26,362 nucleotides of DNA, from IMG/VR virus record IMGVR_UViG_3300020183_003544, positions 1 to 26,362 of that record; one strand, written 5' to 3'. Positions 1-8,078 of the stretch are shown here, piece after piece. This DNA is from a virus. Taxonomy: Duplodnaviria > Caudoviricetes. The number at the start of each line of letters is the position of its first letter. Position 1 is the stretch's first letter. The notes under the pieces were generated by a model. It was not told where the DNA came from. It did not search any database and saw only the letters and a program-made list of their open reading frames with translations. Made by a program: the position numbers and the translations under genes.

Positions 1-2
1 AG

Positions 3-113
3 GCAGCAGGAAGCCAGCCAACACAAGCCCAGCCAGCAGGAAACCAGAAGCCACCCGCAGCACAAGCCAAGACAGCAAGACAGCCAGCACCACAAACCAC
101 CATTGTAAAATAA
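3..113 (+). CDS. 3' end of an upstream CDS with a low-complexity Q/P/A-rich tail (partial)
   Basis: Frame from nt 3 reads AAGSQPTQAQPAGNQKPPAAQAKTARQPAPQTTIVK and ends at TAA 111-113. Truncated by the window edge. Confidence 0.6.
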   Translation, partial: AAGSQPTQAQPAGNQKPPAAQAKTARQPAPQTTIVK

Positions 114-120
114 TCTCTGC

Positions 121-127
121 ATAATTA
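121..127 (+). promoter_or_regulatory. Possible T4-type late promoter variant (ATAATTA)
   Basis: GCATAATTAC lies just before ATG 134 and resembles GCATAAATAC at 25137-25146. One mismatch to ATAAATA. Confidence 0.3.
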
Positions 128-133
128 CTGTAT

Positions 134-781
134 ATGAACTTTGTAGTCAATGTGCCTTATACACAGTGTTGGATCAAAAAAGAATTCCTATATGATCATC
201 AAAAAGGTCATGGTGAATTTGTTCCATGTGTGTGGGTCACAATGAAATCTATTCCACGCAGAGCTTTCTATGTGGAAGCATACTTGCCTGACTATGGAGC
301 ATTGTATGACAAATTGCCGTTGAGTGCATTTGTGTGGCGCACAGACATCAAAGAAAGTGAACAACTGCCTTTGGATTTTCTACAACTGTGGGACGGATTC
401 AGCTATCACATCACTGTGATTGAAAAACAGTATCTACAATTCAGCAGAGTGGATGTGATTTTGAAAGATGGACGCAAAATGGGTGGAGTGTATTTGTTCA
501 CCATAGACAGTGCTCATTCTGATCCAAATACGCCCAATGTTTCAGAATCTGAAGTGCCATCCGAGCACAAAGGACACAACATAGGCAAATTAGACAATGG
601 TCAATATTTTGCACAACCAAACAATAGAATGTTGTGGTATGAAGCCAGTTTGAACAAACAAAAAATGACTGCACCAGATTTCAAAGTAAGTACCAAATAT
701 TATCACTGCGAACAGAACTCCAAGTGGGTTTTTGGTGACACAGATGACTACAATTATCCTGGCAAAGAAAAGAAAGAATAA
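134..781 (+). CDS. Conserved-looking phage hypothetical protein (215 aa)
   Basis: Long ORF with normal composition. No motif I can assign. Confidence 0.8.
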   Translation: MNFVVNVPYTQCWIKKEFLYDHQKGHGEFVPCVWVTMKSIPRRAFYVEAYLPDYGALYDKLPLSAFVWRTDIKESEQLPLDFLQLWDGFSYHITVIEKQYLQFSRVDVILKDGRKMGGVYLFTIDSAHSDPNTPNVSESEVPSEHKGHNIGKLDNGQYFAQPNNRMLWYEASLNKQKMTAPDFKVSTKYYHCEQNSKWVFGDTDDYNYPGKEKKE

Positions 782-786
782 AACAA

Positions 787-816
787 TTGACTTTACACAA
801 TATCATCGTGTATAAT
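787..816 (+). promoter_or_regulatory. Sigma70-type promoter
   Basis: TTGACT (787-792), 18-nt spacer, TATAAT (811-816), followed by AAGGAG and ATG 839. Confidence 0.75.
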
Positions 817-820
817 ATCA

Positions 821-841
821 CAAACAAAGGAGAAACAAATG
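821..841 (+). repeat. 21-bp leader/RBS direct repeat, copy 1
   Basis: CAAACAAAGGAGAAACAAATG, identical to 1093-1113. Confidence 0.9.
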
Positions 842-1072
842 AGTACTAGCACACTAAAAATATACAGCAATACCAAACCCAATTTGGGTTCCATTGAATT
901 GGAAATCTATGATTTGAAACATGGTGTGAGATCCATCAGTCAATTCTACACAGAATTGTGTGGAGAGTATCATAGTCTAGCAGAACAACTTAGACTGCAA
1001 GGGTATAGATCCAAACCTGCATCAAGCACGGAGATCTCATCGGGGTTGTGGTCAATTTTTGTTAGAGCTTAA
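839..1072 (+). CDS. Small hypothetical protein (77 aa)
   Basis: ATG with a strong AAGGAG RBS directly behind a promoter. Confidence 0.75.
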   Translation: MSTSTLKIYSNTKPNLGSIELEIYDLKHGVRSISQFYTELCGEYHSLAEQLRLQGYRSKPASSTEISSGLWSIFVRA

Positions 1073-1092
1073 CAAAATATTCTAATACAACG

Positions 1093-1113
1093 CAAACAAA
1101 GGAGAAACAAATG
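1093..1113 (+). repeat. 21-bp leader/RBS direct repeat, copy 2
   Basis: CAAACAAAGGAGAAACAAATG, identical to 821-841. Confidence 0.9.
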
Positions 1114-1371
1114 GCAGGTAGAACATACGGACCAGAAGAGCAAGCCAAACTTAAAAAAATCGTGGAAGAAGGCGTGAATGTGCTTTCTGAAATTGAAGAC
1201 CTCAGCACAGGTTTAAAAGACACCATCAAAGCGGTGGCTGAAGAGTTGGAAATCAAACCCGCGCTGATCAATCGAGCAATAAAAATTGCACAAAAAGGCG
1301 ATTGGAGCAAGGTAGCTGAAGAGTTTGATAGTTTGGAAAATTTGGTTATTGCAGTTGGCAAAGACAAGTAA
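1111..1371 (+). CDS. T4 DsbA-like / GapR-like dsDNA-binding protein (86 aa)
   Basis: Size and helical pattern (LKKIVEEG..LSEIEDL...LKDTIKAVAEELEIKPALINRAIKIAQK) resemble the T4 DsbA and GapR (DUF2312) family. Strong RBS. Confidence 0.6.
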   Translation: MAGRTYGPEEQAKLKKIVEEGVNVLSEIEDLSTGLKDTIKAVAEELEIKPALINRAIKIAQKGDWSKVAEEFDSLENLVIAVGKDK

Positions 1372-1654
1372 TTTCTATCAGACTTTATTAGAATTTTGGC
1401 AACACAGTTATCAATCGGATAAGACCGCTTTCTATTTCGAGTGTGTGAGTGTGGTGTTCACCATCATGGGCAGTGTGTTTCTCACTTTCACTTCTCCCCA
1501 TCCTCTGATGCATTTAGTATTTCCTTGCTATCTTGTGGGCAGCACCACCATGTTGATCAGTGCCTTACGCAGGAGAAATGTTTGGATCACTGTGTTGACC
1601 ACCTGGTTTACTGTGATGAATTTGGTAGGAAATTACAAAGTATTTTTGGAATAA
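1355..1654 (+). CDS. Small integral membrane protein (about 3 TM segments), start uncertain
   Basis: Three hydrophobic stretches. In-frame TTG at 1355 is a plausible start (ORF track begins at 1325). Stop overlaps the next ATG (TAATG). Confidence 0.65.
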   Translation: MAKTSNFYQTLLEFWQHSYQSDKTAFYFECVSVVFTIMGSVFLTFTSPHPLMHLVFPCYLVGSTTMLISALRRRNVWITVLTTWFTVMNLVGNYKVFLE

Positions 1655-1947
1655 TGAAATACATTATTGACATAGACAACACCATATGCTATACTGAGGG
1701 CAGCGATTATCAACACAGTCAACCGGACATGCAACGCATTGAAAAAATTAATCAGTTGTTTGATCAAGGGCATGAAATTCATTATTACACTGCTAGAGGT
1801 GGCAACTCTGGACTTGATTGGAGCCAACTCACTGCACAACAATTAGAACAGTGGGGTGCCAAACATCACAAACTGATTATGGGAAAACCTGTGTATGATG
1901 TTTGGGTAGACGATAGAGCAATCACAGCAAAAGATTTTTTTAAATGA
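1654..1947 (+). CDS. Minimal HAD-superfamily phosphatase (capsule-biosynthesis phosphatase-like, 97 aa)
   Basis: Motif I DIDNT, motif II YTAR, motif III/IV GKP...VDDRA. ATG 1654 is coupled to the upstream stop. Confidence 0.8.
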   Translation: MKYIIDIDNTICYTEGSDYQHSQPDMQRIEKINQLFDQGHEIHYYTARGGNSGLDWSQLTAQQLEQWGAKHHKLIMGKPVYDVWVDDRAITAKDFFK

Positions 1948-3053
1948 GAATAGATCACAACATACATTTGGATTACAGTGATGTGCTGTTAAAACCCAAA
2001 AGAAGCACACTCAGCAGCAGAAGAGATGTGGACATCACCAGAGAATTTAAATTTAGAAACAGCGGACAGTCTGCCAAATTTGTACCCATAGTGGCCAGCA
2101 ACATGGATGGTGTGGGCACATTTGAAATAGCCAAAGTTTTGCAGGAACATCACATGCTGACTGTGCTGAGCAAACACTACGACATTTTGGATTGGGACAG
2201 AGCAATGGGCAAAGGCCTCAAACTGCAGCACGTGAGTGTATGCACAGGCACAGGTGCCATATGGGACAACAATGCCAACGATTATCAAACTCTCAAACAG
2301 GTGTTGCAAAAATATCCAGATGTGAATTTTATTACCATAGACGTGGCCAATGCCTATCATGAACAATTTGTGGATTTCGTTAAAAGAATAAGATCTGAAT
2401 ATCCAGATAAAACCATTATAGCAGGCAACGTGGTGACTCCAGAAATGGTTGAAGAACTAATAATCAATGGAGCAGACATGGTAAAAGTGGGCATAGGACC
2501 AGGTTCTGTGTGCACCACCAGAACACAAACTGGCGTGGGTGTGCCTCAATTTTCTGCAGTGATAGAATGTGCTGATGCTGCCAATGGAGTCGGTGGACAC
2601 ATTATGGCAGACGGTGGATGCACAGCGCCAGGCGATGTGGCCAAAGCATTGGCAGCAGGAGCTCACACAGTGATGTTGGGCGGATTGTTGGCTGGTCATG
2701 ATGAAGGCGGTGGAAAAATTATTGAAGAAAAAGTACAATTAAATAAATTACAGAATCAATCACCACAGATTGAAGTTAAAAAATATATAGAATTTTATGG
2801 CATGAGTTCAGAATCTGCTTTTGAACGTCATGGGGCTCGCAAGGATGGATACAGAGGCACTGAAGGCAAAACAGTGAGATTAGAATACAAAGGCGCAGTT
2901 AAAAACACAGTGGAACAGATATTGGGTGGCGTTAGGAGTACATGCACATACATAGGTGCCAGACGTATCAAAGACATGCCCAAATGTGCACATTTTGTGC
3001 GAGTAAACAATGTGATCAACAGAGTGTTTGATAGCAATGAAGTTAAAGCCTAA
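1944..3053 (+). CDS. guaC: GMP reductase (E. coli GuaC type)
   Basis: DVLLKPKRSTLSSR, NMDGVGTF, IDVANAY, AGNVVT, KVGIGPGSVCTTR (catalytic Cys), DGGC..PGDVAKA, FYGMSS and EGKTV. No CBS domains. Confidence 0.93.
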   Translation: MRIDHNIHLDYSDVLLKPKRSTLSSRRDVDITREFKFRNSGQSAKFVPIVASNMDGVGTFEIAKVLQEHHMLTVLSKHYDILDWDRAMGKGLKLQHVSVCTGTGAIWDNNANDYQTLKQVLQKYPDVNFITIDVANAYHEQFVDFVKRIRSEYPDKTIIAGNVVTPEMVEELIINGADMVKVGIGPGSVCTTRTQTGVGVPQFSAVIECADAANGVGGHIMADGGCTAPGDVAKALAAGAHTVMLGGLLAGHDEGGGKIIEEKVQLNKLQNQSPQIEVKKYIEFYGMSSESAFERHGARKDGYRGTEGKTVRLEYKGAVKNTVEQILGGVRSTCTYIGARRIKDMPKCAHFVRVNNVINRVFDSNEVKA

Positions 3054-3264
3054 ACCATATCAGACATTGGCTTGGTCAGGCACTGTGGTGTTGTTGGTAG
3101 CAGCCAGTTTGGCAGCTTTCAATGTGTATCCTATATATGTGTATCTTTTCTGTGTGGCCAATGGCATTTGGGTTTTGGTAGGTGTACTTTGGAGAGAAAA
3201 GTCCTTGATTATTTTAAACACAGGCCTTACACTGATATATATAATAGGACTGTTGTTCAAATAA
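3037..3264 (+). CDS. Small membrane protein (75 aa, about 3 TM segments)
   Basis: ATG 3037 overlaps the end of guaC. Three hydrophobic segments. Confidence 0.7.
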   Translation: MKLKPKPYQTLAWSGTVVLLVAASLAAFNVYPIYVYLFCVANGIWVLVGVLWREKSLIILNTGLTLIYIIGLLFK

Positions 3265-3269
3265 AGGTT

Positions 3270-3318
3270 TGGTTGGCCACAAGCAACCATATGGTATGTG
3301 TCAGCCTTAAATGACACA
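3270..3318 (+). promoter_or_regulatory. Tandem hairpins upstream of DNA polymerase (putative translational operator)
   Basis: TGGTTG-GCCACAAG-CAACCA (3270-3289) and TGTGTCA-GCCTTAAA-TGACACA (3297-3318), ending 11 nt before ATG 3330. Confidence 0.6.
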
Positions 3319-3329
3319 GATTGAGACAT

Positions 3330-5996
3330 ATGAGTTACATAGACGCATTTTTTGATCGTAATCAAGACGTGATCAGAATAGTGGAACGCAAAGATGGTTT
3401 GCGTGTGTTCAAAGAATATCCCATAAGATACACTTTTTATTATGAAGATTCCAATGGCAAACATCGCAGCATCTATGGTCAAAATCTCAGCAGAATACTG
3501 TGCAAAAACACAAAGGATTTTCACAAAGAACTTGCAATCAATAGAAATAAGAAACTGTTTGAATCCGACATCAATCCTATATTTCAATGCCTCAGTGAAA
3601 ACTATCTCAATCATGATGCGCCTAAATTGCACGTGGCATTTTTTGACATAGAAGCTGACTTTGATCCTGAAAAAGGATTCGCAGATCCCAAAGAACCATT
3701 CATGCCGGTCACTGCCATCACAGTGTATTTGCAATGGCTGCAATCGCTGATAACTTTCGCTTTGATTCCTAAAAAAACTACAAGAGCACAGGCAGAAGTC
3801 GCAGTGAAAGGCATAGACAATGTGTATTTGTATGAAAAAGAAGCTGACATGTTGAAGGCTTTTTTAGATATACTAGAAGACGTGGATGTGCTGAGCGGTT
3901 GGAACAGTGAAGGATATGATTTGCCCTATCTTATCAATAGAGTCAGCACTGTGTTGAGTAAGGATGACACAAGACGTTTTTGCTTGTGGCAGCAAATGCC
4001 TAAGAAGAGAACATATGAAAAATATGGCAGAGAGCAAGAAACATATGACCTTGTGGGAAGGGTACACATGGACAGTTTAGAGTTGTATCGCAAATACAAT
4101 TATGAAGAAAGACACAGCTATAGACTGGATGCCATAGGTGAAATGGAACTGGGGGATACTAAAACTGTGTATGAAGGCACGTTGGATCAATTGTACAACA
4201 ACGACTTTAGAACATTCATAGAATACAATAGACAAGATGTTGCTTTATTGAACAAATTGGATCAAAAATTAAAATTTTTAGAATTAAGCAATGAACTCGC
4301 ACACGCCAACACTGTGTTGATGCAAACCACCATGGGCGCGGTGGCAGTGACAGAACAGGCAATTATTAACGAAGCTCACAAACGTGGAATGGCAGTGCCC
4401 AATAGACCTCGTCAGAGTGATGACAATACCACTGCTGCTGGTGCTTATGTGGCATTCCCAAAAAAAGGACTGCATGATTGGATCGGATCAATGGACTTGA
4501 ATTCACTGTATCCGTCGGTCATACGTGCACTCAACATGGCTCCTGAATGTGTGGTTGGACAACTGAGAAGCACCTACACTGATCAATACATAAGTGATCA
4601 AATCAATCTGCAAGGCAAATCTTTTGCAGGCGCTTGGGAGAATAAATTTGGCAGTCTTGAGTATGAATTTGTGATGAATCAACGCAGAGACATCAACATC
4701 ACTATAGATTGGGAAAATGGTCGCACAGAAGAGAAAAGCGCTGCTGAAATTTATAAAATGATCTTTGACAGCAATAATCCCATCATGTTGAGTGCCAATG
4801 GCACCATGTTTACTACTGAGTTTGAAGGAGTGATTCCAGGATTATTAAAAACATGGTATCAAGAGAGAAAAGAAATGCAAACCATGAAAAAGAAAGCCAC
4901 AGAAGCTGCCAATCAAACAGAAATAGAATTTTGGGATAAAAGACAGTTGGTCAAAAAAATTAATCTTAACTCATTGTATGGCGCCATACTGAATCCAGGC
5001 TGTCGTTTCTTTGACAAACGCATAGGACAAAGTACCACATTGACAGGTAGAGCTATCAGCAAACACATGGCAGCGAAAATTAATGAAGTAATCACAGGCA
5101 AATATGATCATCTAGGTGATGCCATAATATATGGCGACACAGACAGTGCATATTTCAGTGCTTACAAAGTGCTTAAAGATGACATCAGCAAAGGACTGAT
5201 TCCTTGGAACAAAGAAAGCATAATCAAACTGTATGATCAAGTGGCACAGGAAGTCAATCACAGTTTCAAAAACTTCATGCAGGAAGCATTTCACTGTGGT
5301 AAAAATAGATCAGAAGTGATACAAGCGGGCAGAGAAACAGTCAGTGAAACAGGACTGTTCATAACCAAAAAGAGATACGCTGTACTAATATATGAGTTAG
5401 AAAACAAACGCATGGATCAAGATCAACCTGGCAAAGTGAAAGCCATGGGGTTGGATCTCAAACGTTCGGATACGCCGGTTTATGTGCAAGATTTCCTCAG
5501 CGAAATACTGCTGATGGTTCTTACAAAATCTGATGAAAAATCTGTGCTGAATAGGATTACTGAATTCCGAAATGAATTTAAACTGCGTCCGGGTTGGGAA
5601 AAAGGATCTCCCAAACGTGCCAACAACATAGGCGACTATTTCAAAGAAGAAAAAAACAAAGGCAAGGCCAACATGCCTGGTCATGTGAGGGCCAGTCTCA
5701 ATTGGAATATGTTGAAAAAAATGAACAATGATAGATACAGTTTAGAAATAGTGGACGGAATGAAAGTGATTGTGTGCAAGCTCAAACATAATCCTTTAAA
5801 TTACACTTCTGTGGCATATCCCACAGATGAATTGAGATTGCCACAGTGGTTCAAAGAATTACCTTTTGATCACAGTGCTATGGAAGGCACAGTGATTGAC
5901 AGCAAATTAGAAAACTTGTTGAGTGTGTTGAATTGGGATATCAAATCCACAGAACAAAACAACACATTCAATTCATTATTTGATTTTGGAGTTTGA
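3330..5996 (+). CDS. polB: Family B DNA polymerase with 3'-5' proofreading exonuclease (T4 gp43-like)
   Basis: ExoI FDIEAD, ExoII GWNSEGYD, ExoIII YNRQD. Polymerase motifs DLNSLYPS, KKINLNSLYG, YGDTDS and KKRYA. C-terminal SLFDF. Confidence 0.97.
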   Translation: MSYIDAFFDRNQDVIRIVERKDGLRVFKEYPIRYTFYYEDSNGKHRSIYGQNLSRILCKNTKDFHKELAINRNKKLFESDINPIFQCLSENYLNHDAPKLHVAFFDIEADFDPEKGFADPKEPFMPVTAITVYLQWLQSLITFALIPKKTTRAQAEVAVKGIDNVYLYEKEADMLKAFLDILEDVDVLSGWNSEGYDLPYLINRVSTVLSKDDTRRFCLWQQMPKKRTYEKYGREQETYDLVGRVHMDSLELYRKYNYEERHSYRLDAIGEMELGDTKTVYEGTLDQLYNNDFRTFIEYNRQDVALLNKLDQKLKFLELSNELAHANTVLMQTTMGAVAVTEQAIINEAHKRGMAVPNRPRQSDDNTTAAGAYVAFPKKGLHDWIGSMDLNSLYPSVIRALNMAPECVVGQLRSTYTDQYISDQINLQGKSFAGAWENKFGSLEYEFVMNQRRDINITIDWENGRTEEKSAAEIYKMIFDSNNPIMLSANGTMFTTEFEGVIPGLLKTWYQERKEMQTMKKKATEAANQTEIEFWDKRQLVKKINLNSLYGAILNPGCRFFDKRIGQSTTLTGRAISKHMAAKINEVITGKYDHLGDAIIYGDTDSAYFSAYKVLKDDISKGLIPWNKESIIKLYDQVAQEVNHSFKNFMQEAFHCGKNRSEVIQAGRETVSETGLFITKKRYAVLIYELENKRMDQDQPGKVKAMGLDLKRSDTPVYVQDFLSEILLMVLTKSDEKSVLNRITEFRNEFKLRPGWEKGSPKRANNIGDYFKEEKNKGKANMPGHVRASLNWNMLKKMNNDRYSLEIVDGMKVIVCKLKHNPLNYTSVAYPTDELRLPQWFKELPFDHSAMEGTVIDSKLENLLSVLNWDIKSTEQNNTFNSLFDFGV

Positions 5997-5997
5997 A

Positions 5998-6537
5998 ATG
6001 GCAACATATGGCATGATAGATTTGGAAACACTGAGCACCAGACCAGATGCTGCTATTTTGACTGTAGGAGCAATAAAGTTCAATCCACACGCAGATGTTG
6101 AACCGCACTCAGGTAGATATTGGAGGTTGAATGTGGACGAACAAACAGCATTGGGCCGTCACGTGGATGAAGGCACACTCACTTGGTGGAATCAGCAACC
6201 AGCAGCAATCAAAGATGAAGCACTGAGTGATCACGATCGCACAAATGTTTTAATTTTTCTCAAAGAGCTAAACAAATGGGCTGTGGGATTAGATCTACTG
6301 TGGTGTCAAGGACCTTTGTTTGACTATCAAATACTGCAAAATTTATATGCTCAGATGCAGACACCAGTGCCTTGGAACTATTGGCAAATTAGGGACAGCA
6401 GAACACTGTTTGACCTGTTGCCAGAAGATCCTAGAAAAAAAATGCAGACAAGTCTACACAATGCGTTGGCTGATTGCTACTATCAAGCCAAATGTGTGCA
6501 ACAAACTTTCAAACAATTAGGAGTTAAAACAAAATGA
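5998..6537 (+). CDS. DEDDh 3'-5' exonuclease (T4 DexA / RNase AS-like)
   Basis: MIDLETL, WCQGPLFD, RDSRT and HNALAD motifs. ATG at 5998. Confidence 0.85.
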   Translation: MATYGMIDLETLSTRPDAAILTVGAIKFNPHADVEPHSGRYWRLNVDEQTALGRHVDEGTLTWWNQQPAAIKDEALSDHDRTNVLIFLKELNKWAVGLDLLWCQGPLFDYQILQNLYAQMQTPVPWNYWQIRDSRTLFDLLPEDPRKKMQTSLHNALADCYYQAKCVQQTFKQLGVKTK

Positions 6538-7325
6538 AAATTTTACTTACTGGCCATAGAGGATTCATAGGCAGCAGATTGATCAGCTATCTTAAATTAC
6601 ATAAAAAAATGCGCAATGGGATATTGTGTAATACTTATTCAGTGACTGGACTGGATATTCAAAACGGAGATGATCTCTTAACTTGTGATCTAAATTATGA
6701 TGTGGATGTGGTGATTCATCTAGCAGGAGTAGCAGCAGTGAGAGACAGTCTACTTGACCCTATAAAATATTGGCAGAACAATGTGATGGCCAGTGAAAGA
6801 ATTTTTAAAAAATTTGCCAGCAAAAGAATCATATATGCCAGCAGCAGTTCAGCAGCTGAGCCTGCACTAAATCCTTATGGATTCAGCAAATATGCTATGG
6901 AGTTGATTGCCCCCAAATCAGCATTGGGTTTGAGATTTACCACTGTGTGGGAGGAAGATGGTAGACCAGACATGTTTATGACCAAACTATTAAATGGTCA
7001 ATTGAAATACATCACTGATCATTCGAGAGATTTCATACATGTGCAAGATGTGGTGGATGTGATTCAAATGCTGTTGCACACTGACCTATCTGGAGTATTG
7101 AATGTGGGCACAGGCATCAGCATGAGTCTCAAATCGCTCACTGATTTGATGAATATAAAAGAAATTGAACAGCGCAAGGGAGAAATTTTTGAAAGACAGG
7201 ATAATTTGGCAGACATAACAAAATTACGGAATTTAGGTTGGCAGCCCAAAGTCAATTTGGTAGAGTATATCAAAAACAAATACAACTTGACTTATAGGGT
7301 TGACCTAAATATAATAAACAAATAG
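6534..7325 (+). CDS. NAD-dependent NDP-sugar epimerase/dehydratase (extended SDR)
   Basis: TGHRGFIG Rossmann motif, VIHLAG, YASSSS, YGFSK (YxxxK), RDFIHVQD and NVGTG. Confidence 0.9.
   Translation: MKILLTGHRGFIGSRLISYLKLHKKMRNGILCNTYSVTGLDIQNGDDLLTCDLNYDVDVVIHLAGVAAVRDSLLDPIKYWQNNVMASERIFKKFASKRIIYASSSSAAEPALNPYGFSKYAMELIAPKSALGLRFTTVWEEDGRPDMFMTKLLNGQLKYITDHSRDFIHVQDVVDVIQMLLHTDLSGVLNVGTGISMSLKSLTDLMNIKEIEQRKGEIFERQDNLADITKLRNLGWQPKVNLVEYIKNKYNLTYRVDLNIINK
7287..7315 (+). promoter_or_regulatory. Sigma70-type promoter with an overlapping late-like CTAAATA
   Basis: TTGACT (7287-7292), 17 nt, TATAAT (7310-7315). CTAAATA at 7305-7311. AGGAG RBS before ATG 7335. Confidence 0.75.
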
Positions 7326-7334
7326 GAGAACGCA

Positions 7335-8063
7335 ATGAAAGACATCTTACAAGACATGGTGGCGCACACTCATCAACTGGGCTTCTTGAGTCTAGTAAAG
7401 GTCACCAACGACAATCAGACCAAAATAGAAAGTATGGCAGAAGATAGATCAGTGATACTGTCAGCCATAACCAACAGCAAAGTGTCTGAATTTACTGGCA
7501 CATTTGGCATGCCTAATTTAGACAAATTAGCACTGCATCTGAAATGCCCTGAGTATCAAAAGGACGCCAAATTGAATGTGGTCAAATCCACACGCAATGG
7601 GGTTGAAATTCCTACTCATATACATTTTGAAAACGCATCTGGTGATTTTCAGAATGATTATAGATTTATGAACACTGAAATTATAAATGAAAAATTAAAA
7701 TCAGTTAAGTTTAAAGGCACAACTTGGAACATAGAGTTTGAACCCACACTGGCCAGTATTCAGAGATTAAAACTACAGGCAGCAGCACACGTGGAGGAAA
7801 CTGTGTTTACAGTGAAAACTGAAAATAAAAATTTAATGTTTTACTTTGGTGATGTGAACTCTCACGCAGGTAGTTTTATATTTCAGAACAACGTGGCGGG
7901 CACACTCACCCAAGGTTGGAGTTGGCCTATACAACAAGTGATCAGTATATTAAATCTTGATGGCAAAATTAAAATGAAAATAAGTGATCAAGGCGCGATG
8001 CAGATTTCTGTGGACAGTGGTATTGCTGAATACAATTATATACTGCCGGCACAAACCAAATAG
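7335..8063 (+). CDS. Putative DNA polymerase sliding clamp (gp45/PCNA-like)
   Basis: 242 aa, beta-rich two-domain pattern and a C-terminal YNYILPA strand typical of PCNA-like clamps. Close to the polymerase gene. Confidence 0.6.
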   Translation: MKDILQDMVAHTHQLGFLSLVKVTNDNQTKIESMAEDRSVILSAITNSKVSEFTGTFGMPNLDKLALHLKCPEYQKDAKLNVVKSTRNGVEIPTHIHFENASGDFQNDYRFMNTEIINEKLKSVKFKGTTWNIEFEPTLASIQRLKLQAAAHVEETVFTVKTENKNLMFYFGDVNSHAGSFIFQNNVAGTLTQGWSWPIQQVISILNLDGKIKMKISDQGAMQISVDSGIAEYNYILPAQTK

Positions 8064-8078
8064 CGTAAAATACACTTG

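Noticed and set aside
1-110. Repetitive CAGC/AAGCC-rich stretch as a tandem repeat or CRISPR array
   Set aside because: No fixed repeat-spacer period. It is explained by a Q/P/A-rich protein tail.
1441-1653. Longer upstream starts given by the track (1441, 3321, 5980, 11510, 14228, 19875, 20367, 24034)
   Set aside because: They mostly extend into upstream genes or leaders. Downstream ATGs with coupling, an RBS or better spacing (1654, 3330, 5998, 11522, 14312, 19902, 20397, 24196) fit better.
1944-3053. IMP dehydrogenase (guaB)
   Set aside because: N-terminal KPKRSTL.SR, DVAN, ECADAA and FYGMSS, plus the lack of CBS domains, match GuaC better.
3330-5996. Intein or intron in the DNA polymerase
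   Set aside because: The ORF is continuous at normal length, with no intein splice or homing-endonuclease motifs.
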